Part shown: in pieces, positions 48,072-64,000 of the stretch
Numbering within the stretch: the first letter of the stretch is position 1
How the letters are laid out: the number at the start of each line of letters is the position of its first letter
Assembly (NCBI GenBank): GCA_027604505.1
Contig: JADIIX010000124.1
Coordinates: 1 to 64,000 of the forward strand
Length of the DNA stretch: 64,000 nucleotides
Reading direction: 5' to 3'
From: Gonapodya sp. JEL0774
Taxonomy: Eukaryota
The notes under the pieces: generated by a model
Told to the model about the DNA's origin: nothing
Seen by the model: the letters and a program-made list of their open reading frames with translations, nothing else
Database searches by the model: none
Made by a program: the position numbers and the translations under genes

Positions 48072-50161
48072 ATGACCGCCAAACCGCGTGCTCGGGAAGT
48101 TTTCAAAGATCTCAACTACTTTACGGGTAAAACAGGTGAGCATTGCCCCCTCGCAAAGTGATGTGGAGCTCTCAATACCACTTTTCTCATCAAGGTCCCC
48201 ATAACGCAATCACCGATGGTACGTTGGTGGGAGGATCTGCTTATAATGGCGTAGTACATACTCAAAACAAAACGATCGCTCGATCGCTTTGCTCAGTACC
48301 TGGAGTAACCGTGGGATACGCGAATGTGCGGAAGTTTCGGACGACAGCGGATGGGAAGACACCAGACTACAAGCTCCAGTTTGGGGAAGGACCAGCGATA
48401 ACCGGCGTTACCGCAATCCTTCCGCGCCCGAAAGATGAAGCACCGCTTCCCGTCCTGTAAGTTGTCAGAGTCCTCTGTGATGACCATGGCTTCGTAGTGG
48501 AGGAACGAGGTCCGAATACCTCTGACTCACGTGTTGGACAGCGCTGGATTGTTTTCATTCAACGGAAATGGAGAGCTCACTGGATCCCACTGGATTGAAG
48601 AAGCGGGCCAAGTAAGGGACATCCAGTCCCTTTGCCGACCTACAATGTCAATGTTCATGTGTTCACCCTCCGCCAGGCTTTCTGGCCATTTACCATAACC
48701 AATACTCACTCCGTTGGCAAGTTATAGTGTCTGCACTATGCTTCTTTTCCTTGCTACATTTGCATAAACCTTCCTCAGGTGTGTGTCGAGACACCTCCAC
48801 CAAATGGGTTGTAAAGAACTTCGCCGATAAATTGTGAGTTTTGACACCTCAAGTGGACGTCATTTGCCATGAGCTTATAGCTATGTACTTCAGACCTGAT
48901 GTGTATTGGCACATGCCGGTTGCAGGAGAGGTAATGAACCCGTGGTGACTATCACAGCTCTTTCTGTACTAACCATTATACTTCTGAAACACCAGACGGT
49001 AGGCTTCTTCTTTAAATTTAATCAGAAATGCTTCGTCGACCGGCCTTTTGTCTCCATCTTGCACTCCCTCCGGGCCCCGATTTGTCGCGGATAATTTCAT
49101 CCTTCTTTCACTTTATTGGCTATTGGGTTTCAAGTGGGATGGATGGCTCAGTGATATTAATGGATTTCACGTAAAACCGGAGCATGTTTTCGAAGCAATC
49201 GACTCAGCAAAAGGTGGCCCAGTCGCGGAGGGTAGCATGGGTGGCGGCTCAGGCATGGTCAATTACGAATTCAAAGGAGGTACAGTTCATCGGAAGCCTT
49301 AATCGCAGTGAGGTTTTTCGTACTCTTAGTGTCACGTGTGATTAAATTCAGGTAGTGGGACTTCATCTCGAGTCGTCGATCTTGGTTCTGCGGGAGTGTT
49401 TACAGGTAAGTCAATCAAACCGAAGGAGGCTCTTCCTGCTCGCATTTCATTAAATCATACGGATCTTTAGTCGGTGTCTTTGTCCAAGCAAACTTCGGTC
49501 GCCGGGAACAACTCGTAATTGCGGGAGTCCCCGTCGGCAAAAAGTTCCCTTTAACTGGTGACGCCAACCCATACTCGGTTCCCAAGCCGAACCCGAAGAC
49601 AGAGCTTGGAGTTGAACTTGGCCCTCGTGGGAACGGGTCAATCATTGCCATATTGGCAACAGATGCCCCGTTGGTGAGCATAAGTAGAATTGAAATGCTT
49701 CACAAGATGCATCCTCACCTCTTTCTACAGGTGCCTCACCAGCTCAAGAGACTGGCTCGTCGAATTCCGATGGGTATAGCTCGAACTGGAACCTCTGGGG
49801 ATCATGGGAGTGGTGATATGTGAGACTTCCAACGTCATTTTCAATCTGCGAAGTTTATTCAGCGAAGTGTCTCCGTGCCTCATGCCCCTACTCCAAAAGC
49901 TTTCTTGCATTTACTACGGCAAACAAAGAAGCGTTGGCATCAGATACGGAAGATCCCCAAGTTGTGAACATGAAGGTGCTTCCAGACAAATTCATCAACC
50001 CCATGTTTGAGGCAGTTGCGGAGGTCGTTGAGGAAGCCATTCTGAACGTGCTTTGCGCTGGGGAGACCACCACTGGACGTGATGGTCACGTTGTACCTGC
50101 ATTACCCATAGACAGCGTCTTGCAGTATATGAAGTCCATTGGGCGCGACCAGTGGAAATAG
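48072..50161 (+). CDS. DmpA-like Ntn aminopeptidase (peptidase family S58/P1), about 12 introns
   Basis: GPHNAITDVPGVTVG, GVTAILP, NGNGELTG, ITNTHSVG, PVAGETWDGWLSDI, EGSMGGGSGM, FKGG, VFVQANFG, autoprocessing site NG/SII, ATDAPL, LKRLARR, GSGD and VEEAILNVL. Confidence 0.92.
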
Positions 50162-50201
50162 AAAATGCAATCTATTTTGATAGGATCTATCGCACTAAGA
50201 T

Positions 50202-52263
50202 CTAAGCGTTGTATGTGGATGCTGCAACCCTGCCTCCCCGTCCGGTCCAGTTCGTGTGGAGCCACTCCCCTTTGGGTCCATCCTTCTCCAACTGGTAAGT
50301 ATGAGCTCCGAAATAATCACGTTGAGCCTGAAGTAGGTTGGCCGGCAGTTTGGCGGCTCGATAGCCGTCGAAAAAGCTCAGGGCGGTGGAATACGCTGGA
50401 ACAGGGATACCCCACAACGACGCCTGTGCAACAACGCGACGGAATGACCCTGCACATCTGTTTCCAAAATTCACTTTTCAAGTTCAAAGAATCACATGTG
50501 TAAGCTTTTCAACACAGACCTTAAGACTGTCTTGGTGAAAAAAGGATCCAGCAAAAGGTTTTCCAGGTTAGGGTTCGCGGTGAAAGCTTGGTGAATGTCC
50601 TTGAGGAAAGCACTGACAACCCAATGTCCACACCCCATTGATTTCATTAGCGATTCAAATACCGAGTATCTCAGGCGCAAGTTCGACTCACCTTCGGATG
50701 ATGCAACCGCCGCGCCACATGAGTGCAATACCGCCGTAATTGAGATTCCACTTGTTCACTTGGGCGGCTTCACGCAGAAGCATGAAGCCCTGGGCATACG
50801 AGATAATTTTAGCTGCGTACATAGCCTTATTTTGCAATAGTAACGAGGACATCAAATATCGGTATTGGAAATTAAGGCGGGCTCAACGGCATCTAACGTC
50901 CTCACCTGTCTCACATCCTCAATGAACTCCTTCTTGCTCTTCGAGACAACAAGATCACGCTTCCCGACACCAGCGTCGGTTAGAATGGCAGACGCACGAA
51001 CGCGCTCCTCTTTGAGGGATGAGAGACACCGAGCAAACACCGCCTCCCCTATGAGCGTCACGGGCATGCCAAAATCTAAGGCATCAATCGCAGTCCACTT
51101 TCCAGTGCCTTTTTGACCAGCGGCATCTCGAATGGACTCAACAAGAGGAGTGGAAGCACCTGGCTCCTTGTATCTGTATGCCGTGGTGACATCACCATCG
51201 CGACATCGATAATTTCTAAATATGCGACCACTAACCGCAAAATTTCCGAAGTAATTTGAATCAAAAATGAGTCCAATTCACCCTTGTTCCATTCCTCGAA
51301 CGTCGCTGCCAGCTCGTCCGCAGAAAGTCCGAGGCCGTTCTTCAGGGTATCATAGGCTTCGGCGATAATCTGACCGATGTACAGTGTCATGCCACAAATA
51401 CCGTCTTGAATACCTGTGTATAGGGTGTCTCACCTGCATGTCACCATATTCGATTCCGTTGTGAACCATCTTCACATAGTGACCAGAACCCGTTTCTCCG
51501 ACCCAGTCACAGCAAGGCTCCCCTTCGGAAGTCTTTGCTGCAATGTCCTGGAAGATGTTCTTGATGTGTGGCCAGGCGGCGGGTGATCCACCGGGCATGA
51601 GCGATGGCCCCAGGCGTGCTCCTTCTTCACCACCGGAGACGCCTGAGCCGACAAAGAGAAGGCCTTTCGCTTCCAGTTCTTTGGTGCGCCGGATAGAGTC
51701 GGGATAGTGAGAGTTACCACCGTCAATGACGATGTCACCCTGATGGGACCGATTGGTGGCGAGTGAAGGATAGATGGAGGAGACTGGTTCTCACCTTTTC
51801 CAAGAATGGCTCCAACTGCGCAATGAATTGGTCGACGGCCGAGCCAGCCTTGACGAGAAGAATAATCTTGCGGGGGCGTTTGAGCTTGGCGCAAAATTCT
51901 TGAATAGAATGAGCACCAATGACCTTAGTTCCTGGTGTGCGCGAGTGTGTCAGGTAAGTCATGAAGCGTCATTTCAACAGGTACCTAAAAGAAGCTCCTA
52001 CCCTTGGCTTCGTTCGCGAGGAATTCATCCACTTTGGAAGTGGTGCGGTTGTAAGCGCACACTACATATCCATGATCGTTCATGTTGAGGACTAAATTTT
52101 GTCCCTAAAATCATCATTGTCGAAAGTGAACACAGTCGGATGCAAAAATGAAATCAAAGGGGCTCGGAGCACTCACCATAACCGCCAGACCAATGAGGCC
52201 GACATCCGCCGTGGGAGTGATGAGGTGTGAGGCTACTTGTGCTGCTCTCTTGCTGCATGGCAT
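50202..52263 (-). CDS. GND1: 6-phosphogluconate dehydrogenase, decarboxylating
   Basis: [48 protein letters not shown] and [18 protein letters not shown]. Confidence 0.97.
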
Positions 52264-53114
52264 TTGGTGATTGAAAAAGAAAAGACGGAAGGGTGAAACC
52301 GAGGACTCAAACAGGCGGGCTTCGGACCAAAGCGTTGTGGTCTCTTTGGTCTTTAGTTCTAAACGGACCACCCAGCTCAACTGCTCATCGACTCATCATT
52401 TTGACCATCCCGACCGTCGCGTTCGAGCCTTGCGGATATCTTTCACAAGCATCGGACTGAGAGTTCCTCAGATGAAGATGTTTTCGGTCCCTGGTTGTTT
52501 CCTAGGCTAATTTGTCTCCCTTTCCATGTCGGGGGTTGTTCCGATCACATCAGCAACTGTGGACTTACGCTGCAGACATTAGAGTGTATCAAGAAGGCAG
52601 GAAGACAAAAATGGAGGGGATGTGAAGCTCAGGCGAGAGCACGCAAAGATTGAGAAGAATCAGGGGATCGGATTTTCAAGTCGGAATCCCAACTGCCCCG
52701 CGGCCTTTCCGGAACCGAATGATCTCAAAAAACATCCACTCAACAAAGCACACACTCATAAACTACATAACCCTAAAGTGGGCTGGCGATTGAAGTGAAT
52801 CAGAAAAGATTCGTGGATGGAGGTTGCGACCTTTGTGATAAACAGTTCGCTACAATTAATTTGTGCCTTGCTGTGCTGCTGCTGGTGCATCTTTGGCCGC
52901 AGGCAACTATTTCTTCCAACAAACCGAAGAGCATCACCCAGTTTCTCGTGCGCTCGCCGTCAGCGCCGTAGCTCTTATTTGATTGCAACTGCTTCTTTGC
53001 AGCTTCGGATCTATTCGCGCGCTCGCGTCAGCTCTTCGCTTCAGAGCGTGGTTCGAAATACTCGCCCATTCCTGAGACATCTATCTGTTTATCTCAGGAA
53101 AAGTCGATCAAATT

Positions 53115-54642
<1,528 letters not shown>

Positions 54643-54714
54643 AATGATAGTATTGTACATATCCAAAAAAAAAAAAAAATTTGAGAACACTGAAGCTACC
54701 TAGGTTCCATTTGC

Positions 54715-57354
<2,640 letters not shown>

Positions 57355-57845
57355 CTGGCCATTGCGCGAAACGCAATGCCGTCGACCGCAGGGTCCAGAG
57401 GGACAGTGCGCGCACAGTGTGAATCAATTCCGTTTAGGCAAGAGAAGACAAGGAGAAAGGAGGCCAGTCAGTGAGATTTCGTGATGGGCTTCCGCAAGAA
57501 GCGGATGTGCGCAGCATCAAGTCCTCGCAACTCTCTGGCCCGGACCAATGCCAAACCATCAAATCTGCGGTCCTGCCCCGGAACTGCACATCGAGCTTAC
57601 ATCAGACGGGAGACCTGACTCGGAAAGAGACATGGTAGTCGATTTCTGGTCAGAAACAACAGGGGAATTGTCCTCGGTCAGGAAGAAAAGCGTGTTCCGA
57701 TACGGTCACGTGACCGCTTCGCCACACTGGAAAAGTTGGAGCTGCAAATTGTTGTTTCGACAAAAAGTACATACAAACAGAGCCTTGTTCTGCGTGTCCA
57801 ATGAATATTCTGTACATCGTGACGGAGTTAGAAGCCCTCCCTGGT

Positions 57846-60665
57846 TCACTTTCTGCCCGCCCCCAATCCCAATCCACCTATCCTCCCCATTGCGCCCATC
57901 GCGGCAGAAATGCCAGGGCCCTGAATGTCCCTTGCGCCCGCAAACGCCATTTGTCCTGGTTGCGGTGCTCCATTCGGACCTGCTCCTCCGGATCCTACAC
58001 CAGTCCCCGAAGTTGGAAGCCCCTTCCATCTGAACTCCGCCAGAACCGGTATATGATCGCTAGGGTGATGCCAATTGGGGAAGCCCACACATCGATCCAC
58101 GTATGCGGGGTCCACGTTGCCAAGCACACCAGCTACCTGCAAACTGCTGCTTGTATACCAGATGTAGTCGATCGCGTCCTTGAAATGGGGAGTGAAGTTT
58201 GTGAAACTGAGTTCCGCCATATGAGCATACGCTGATTTAATCCCTAAGGTGTGCGTGACCGGCCCTTCTGTGTTGTAGTATGAATGCGACAAAAAGTCTT
58301 CGTGGTCAGGTGCGATGCTTCCTTTTGACATGAACTCATAAACACCGGAGTCCGGTGTCGAGTTCAGATCCCCCACAATCAGTAGGGGTAACTTTGATGA
58401 ATTTGCACTGTACATGGCGTGCAGGGGATGTCGAGGGTTGAGCGACGCATAGGTTCTCGATATTCGCTGGACTTCATCGATGAGCATAGAGGTTTGGAGA
58501 AGTTTTACATCTCGGAATCTAGTCAGTCCATAGCCAGCCAAATGAGTACAGTGCAGAGAATTCCGAAAGCAATGTTTAAGTTTTCCGCTCTTGACTCACT
58601 GCGGATCCCAATGTAGGTGTGTATTTGCTACGATAACTCTCGCGTGAGTCTCCTTGCTCTCAAGGAAGACAATGGTAGCAATGTTGTCTCGTAGAGTTAC
58701 CCGGTTGAACAGGTCGTCAGTTTTACGGAATTCTGGACGCTCCATCGGCAATCGTTGGAATTCGATTACATTCTTTTCGATGGCAGCAAACCTGGTGGTT
58801 GGAGGAGTGGTGAAGTCCGTCCGATTTCATATTCAATTACTGGCGAAAACCCGCTTCGCGAGGTCCTACTAACCTTGCCGACTTCCAAAATGTCGCACAG
58901 CCATCCACATACTTGCGTTCGTAATCAGCCATAACGCGAATACGTGACTTTGGGTAGAAAGTTCCATCATACCCGTGCTCCCGGAGCTCCGGCTGGAAGA
59001 AATCATCGAATTGTCCATATTCAATTTCCTGTGTACCATGCGATAGGTACAAACACGAAAGTGGAAAGTGTTGTGCGGAGAAATGAGGCACAGAATTCAG
59101 TAAGAACAAAATATTGATCAGGTGACGCACACACTTTCAAAGAAGACCATGACAAACCTGGAGGCAAAGAATATCTGCATTATATCCAACAATTTCTTGA
59201 ATAAGATTCTGCCTCCTGAACTCCCAACTGAGTGCCCACGAGGGCACATACTGATAAGACGAACTTGTGGCGTACCGCTCGCAGAGCACATTGTAGGTGA
59301 GAACTGTGAAAGAGTCTGGTGGGAGAGTAGCGCAATCGGTGTGATATCTAGTTAAGTGACATGGACCTGGAAACGCCATTCCTCCCAACAGACGTAGACT
59401 CACCCGTCGTCATACCAGTGTCATCTTCAACATAAACCCACTCCCGCTCTGGGGGCGGCGCGATGGCTGAAATTTGTACATGAAGGGAGTAAAATTCAGT
59501 TTATTACTAGAGTAAGTTGCCTCCGTACTGGGTTGATTTGAGGCCAAAACATCCACGAACCGGGGCAGTTGTCCCGCAGATAAGACGTGACAGCGGGAGT
59601 TCCCTCTTTTTGCATAATGGAAAGTAGAGGTTCTTGTATTGGGTTGCCTTCAAGCCCAAGGTTCTCGAGTTGGTACAAAAATCCAAGCTCTGGAGGCAAA
59701 GTCGCAATCTGATTGTCGAAGGCCAGGAGCTCCTTCAAGCTCACAACAAGCCCGAGTTCAGGGGGGAGTGTTGTTAGCTTGTTTCCACTGACGTCAAGTT
59801 GAACGAGACTCCGAAGGTTGGAGATTTGCGGGGGCAGGGAGGATAGGCTGTTGTGGTTGATGTACAGAACGGACAAGAACGTGTATCGAAACAGCTCCCT
59901 GGACAGATTGCGAATGGCCATGCCCCCTAAATCCAGCGTAGTCCATTGCGACGCCTTTGTATCATCTCCCAAGGCGACATTGTTCTGGGAGCTGTTGGCT
60001 GACCCCGACGCTGGAGTTTGGCTTTGTATCGGAGTTCCACTCCCCCGAAAACTGCCTTGCGACGACGCCGCCCTCGCTTGCACCAGACTAGGCGTCCCGT
60101 AGCGAGGACCTGGTGTGCTGCTCCCCCCATTCTCCAAAACCGATCCTCCGAATGGGGACGAGAAATCGTTGGCTTTGATTCCCAAATTCACTGCAGTCCT
60201 GGAAATTCGTGAGTGATGATGTGGTGCTGCAGATTGGCGGGAGGCTTGTGCTTGTTCGAGCTGACGTGTTATGTGAGGGGCGTTTACAACGTTTCCGCCG
60301 TTGATTGTCGAGAGGGAAGGGATTGGCGCGGGAGAAGGGACGGAAGGAGACTGCTGGGAGGTCAAATACGGATTTTGTGGGCCCAACTTCCCAGGCTGCA
60401 CTTGATAGCGGCTCTGAAACCCATACATGTTTGGGTCGGGTGGTGTGTTCTGTACATGTGCTGCCTGCTGTTCATCGCCACCTCCAACAAACTGAGAAGA
60501 TTCAGTCCACTTGGAACTGTCAATATTATACATAGCGTAATGTGCATTTACTAAATTTTTTGCCCCTGGCAGCACAGTCAGGGAGTGTGCATATTGATGT
60601 GGATGCCAAATAGGTCCTTCCCCATCACCATACCTGTCATTGTGGGGTCGGCTTTTCTCCTGCAT
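57846..60665 (-). CDS. CCR4: CCR4-NOT deadenylase subunit Ccr4 (LRR + EEP nuclease)
   Basis: AAPHHHSR, LRRs (LYINHNSLSSLP, LDVSGNKL, LGLEGNP), FTVLTYNVLC, ADILCLQE, VDGCATFW, GDLNSTPDSG, IDYIWY and PSDH. The start is uncertain. Confidence 0.96.
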
Positions 60666-60685
60666 CCCATCCTCAAGCGATAGCG

Positions 60686-61366
60686 ATGGTGAGATCGCCA
60701 ACTCGCATCACTATCCAACGCTATTTCGCCTTATCAGTCTTGTTTCTTCATCACGACTCGTTCCCACCGTGATCTGTCAATTTGGAATCATCGTCATCTT
60801 CTTTTAGAGACTCATCACCCACAATATGCTTCAATGTCACGCAAAAGGATGCACGAAGGATAACTTTCCTTTACGAATCGTGGATGCGGAACTTGAAAAT
60901 GCTGATGCAGACTTTAACCCGCAATTTCTTCGGAGGATGTTGGACAAGATTGAGTGGACCGCGCTCGTTCAGACGTCGTTTGCGGTAAGTGCTGTCGTAA
61001 CTCAGCGCAAAATCTATTTTTCTTCTTCATATACCCTCTCTTCGCTATAAGCTTGGCGTCGCTAAACTTCCCGAAGCGTTGCCAACTAATGTGGACGATC
61101 AGGAGTTCTTGCAAACAATTCATCACGTTCTGATGGAGGTGAGAACATTTTGCCGTTTAAAACGCTACGCTCTGATGGATAAGTAATAGTTTTGCTCAGA
61201 CAAGAGTTAAGGAAGGGCAGATGGTCTGCAATGGGTGTGGTCACATTTACCCAATAAGGGTGAGCCGATCTTTGACGATAATACGCTGACCAACAATTGA
61301 AGAGATATTTGTACGCTCGTACAGGAAGGGATACCGAACATGCTCCTTCAAGAGACTGAAGTTTAG
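60686..61366 (+). CDS. TRM112: Methyltransferase activator Trm112
   Basis: One-codon ATG exon (60686-60688), then RLITHNMLQCHAKGC...FPLRI...FNPQFL...HHVLME...EGQMVCNGCGHIYPI...GIPNMLL. Confidence 0.93.
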
Positions 61367-61703
61367 CTGACATTCCTGAGTTGAACTGTTGCCTGATCCC
61401 TGGCACCAAATTCTGCTGCACACAGTTGTTCCGGAGTTCCATGCACTCCCGACAAACGCTGTAACAAAACTAAATGGGAGGCACTACAGTTGATGGTTTC
61501 ACATGCATATACTAATTTCTTGGCTTGTAAATACAAATATGAGATGACTCAAGCTTCCTATAATTAGAGTAGGCTGCCAATACTCGTTGAAATTGATGTA
61601 TTTTCATGTGTTGCAGGTTTCATGGTCCGCGGTGCTCTCGGACCGACCGATTGCCTGCTGACTCTCAGCCTCTTTGCGGGAAAGGGAAACGGCATGCAAC
61701 CCA

Positions 61704-63054
61704 ATGAACGTCCAGCGCTCCCCATCGCTCGCCCCGTCCGGGTTCAGCAACCCATCTTCCACATTTTCCTCGCAAATCGCGAGAATAGAAGCCACCAGCA
61801 ATAACCAGCTCCTCCTGCCACCTCCGAGCTCCCCAACACCCACCCTCACCTCCCATCGCACTTCCTTCTCAGCAATCAACCATCCAGTAGCTTCGGCAAA
61901 ACAACCGCTCGTTTATTGGTCTGATAAGCGATTTTGGTCGACAGACATTCGGAGAGACATCAGGGCAGACAACTCCTGGCGTCGCCGAAATGCGTGGCAG
62001 ACACCTTTTCACATATATTTTTTAGTAAGTGATGGGTGAGATTGTAGTCTGTCTTGTAGGGTTTGACACTGACATACCTGAGATGTCCTCCTTGGGTGTT
62101 CAGATCCTCCTTCTGTTCTTCACTTTCAGTATCGTGGTATTCTGCTCCACAACATCTTTCTTCCTGGAGCCATTGACGGGAATATCCAATGTTGTGGGAT
62201 GGATACTTTGGGGCGCCGGTGGGGCCCTGATGGGTGTACTCATTTTGTACGTGACGATCGTGGAGGTAGAAGCACCCCAAGTGCGTCAAGCCGGCAAACC
62301 CCGAAATCTTGACTTCGTTAAAACTGTGGGGGTTCATGTAATAGACAATGGGGTGTGTGGGATATGTTGCGTGTCCGTGTAAGTGTCACCCGTCTGCACG
62401 ACCCTCGCAACACTAATGATGCTGATTTTTCTCGCCTCTGGTTGTTTGCTTGCAGCCCTGCACGTACACGTCATTGTAAGAGTTGTAACAAATGTGTGTC
62501 GGATTTCGATCACCACTGCCCCTATTTAAATACCTGTATAGCTGGTCGGAATTACAGGTGAGAACACCGATGTGTTACAAGTCCACAAGTATCTGATTTT
62601 CGGTACCACGCTATTCAGCGGCTTTCTCGCTCTTGTTACTGTTGTTATCCTAATGTCAGCCTTTTCCGTACTGATATCTTTTCGCGTATTTGTCGCCTTC
62701 TTCATCAACCGTACCGTGTTTGTTGAAACCATTTCCAACACGTGGCAAGTGGATCGGGATAAAGCGGGCCTGTACGACCTTGCAGCGGTTCTCGCATTTG
62801 TGCAAGGAATAATTGGTATGCTGGTATTCATCATGGCGACCGGATTGGGAGTGTTCCACGCCTATCTTCGTACGTATTTCCAAAGCGACTTGTGTACTTT
62901 CCTCCGATAGCTTGGTGTTGCTCGCTCAACTGCGTTCGCTCGTAAATTTACAGGATTTCTGGGCATGTCTACATTTGAATTCAACAACGCCATCGGCCGT
63001 CCGAGCATACGACTGAGAGTCCAAGACATTGCGAGATCCGTGATTCACCGATGA
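61704..63054 (+). CDS. DHHC palmitoyltransferase
   Basis: [10 protein letters not shown] segments, CGICCVSV...[30 protein letters not shown], and post-TM4 FHAYL...GMSTFEF. Confidence 0.93.
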
Positions 63055-63204
63055 CGTAAATGCATGAGATTTTAATTATATACGATTTGAGCATTTATGA
63101 ATATTGATTGATGTCACTGTAAATCTGAACGGATGCAAACAACCAAAACAACAAAGAACAAAGCCTAAAACCTTTACACTTCCAGCTCTCCCAACACAAA
63201 ACTT

Positions 63205-64000
63205 TCACTCTTCTTTCACGGGGACAGTTCCTTCGATCATGGCTTTTCTAGTGCTCCCACCTACCCACTTGTGATCCTGCATCGTTCCAGATACGAGTTT
63301 CAAAACTCCACTCGCAACCTTCCAGGGCCATAATATTAAGTCCATAAAGGATGCAACGTATTGGAACAAAAGGCTGAGCGTTCCGAGGTGAAGTAAGCGC
63401 TCGGGAGTGGTGGGAACGTCGCGGGACGCTTGGAGCTTGAGAAAGAGCTCCTCCGACTCCATGAGCCGGCGTTCCAGCTCCCGGAACCTCTGCTCGTCCA
63501 TTTCCATCTTTGACGAACCACGTCTTTCCACCTTGCGCACGGTCCTGGCAATTTTATCCAACGACGGTCCCACAACCTTTTCCTTGACCGACTCTACTTC
63601 TTCCCTAGTTGCGCCCTCTCTCTGCAAAACTTCTACGGTTCTTTCCAGCTCGCTGATGCGGTGGAGCAACGAGTCCACTTCTGTGACCGGTGTAGCGATC
63701 TCCTTTTTCAAATAGAGGGTACGTTCCCGTAGGAGCTCGACTACCTCACCGAGCGGGCGCAAAGTCGCCACAAAGACGAAAGCCCCAATGTTAAGCTGTT
63801 TGACGATGGGCCCGTTGGAGGAGAAGAGGTTGTCTTTGCCAATCTTGAGTGCTATCCCCGCGAGGATCGGCGACGACAAATAGAGGACGAGGTAGACCAT
63901 TTGCCAGCGGAACAGTTCCCGCTCGGCAGCCTCCTGTGCTTCTCTGACGGCGGCAGATGACGGCGAGGGACCCCCGCCAGTCCGGCCTTCCTTCAAGGAA
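63205..64000 (-). CDS. Hypothetical membrane protein with coiled coil (3' part only)
   Basis: Open frame running to the window edge, with hydrophobic segments (LVLYLSSPILAGIAL, IGAFVFVATLRP) and a heptad-rich region. Confidence 0.7.
   Translation of the reverse strand, partial: SLKEGRTGGGPSPSSAAVREAQEAAERELFRWQMVYLVLYLSSPILAGIALKIGKDNLFSSNGPIVKQLNIGAFVFVATLRPLGEVVELLRERTLYLKKEIATPVTEVDSLLHRISELERTVEVLQREGATREEVESVKEKVVGPSLDKIARTVRKVERRGSSKMEMDEQRFRELERRLMESEELFLKLQASRDVPTTPERLLHLGTLSLLFQYVASFMDLILWPWKVASGVLKLVSGTMQDHKWVGGSTRKAMIEGTVPVKEE

Overview
Intron-rich eukaryotic genomic DNA, most likely from an early-diverging (chytrid-like) fungus. This is inferred from the short GT-AG introns, a Zn2Cys6 factor and the gene content. 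The first ~14 kb is accessory-like. It holds the 3' part of a spliced Fanzor (TnpB-derived, RNA-guided RuvC nuclease) with all three catalytic acidic residues, followed by a hairpin-rich candidate omega-RNA region. It also holds dispersed repeats, an unknown helical gene and a divergent kinase with degraded upstream ORFs. At 14.0-19.5 kb, one spliced gene fuses a flavodoxin + FAD/NAD(P)H (diflavin) reductase to a complete hybrid cluster protein (HCP); the fusion junction lies inside a single exon. The rest is mostly compact housekeeping sequence: MAK10/NAA35, a KH/FUBP-like protein, UFD1, a class 2 DHODH with a Cys active site, a dual-specificity phosphatase, a small secreted peptide, ERV1, SCD6/LSM14, a Zn2Cys6 factor, a Nudix hydrolase, CUS2/HTATSF1, a DmpA-type peptidase, 6PGD, eRF1, a C2H2 factor, CCR4, TRM112 and a DHHC palmitoyltransferase. 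All exon structures were spliced by hand, and no database searches were run.
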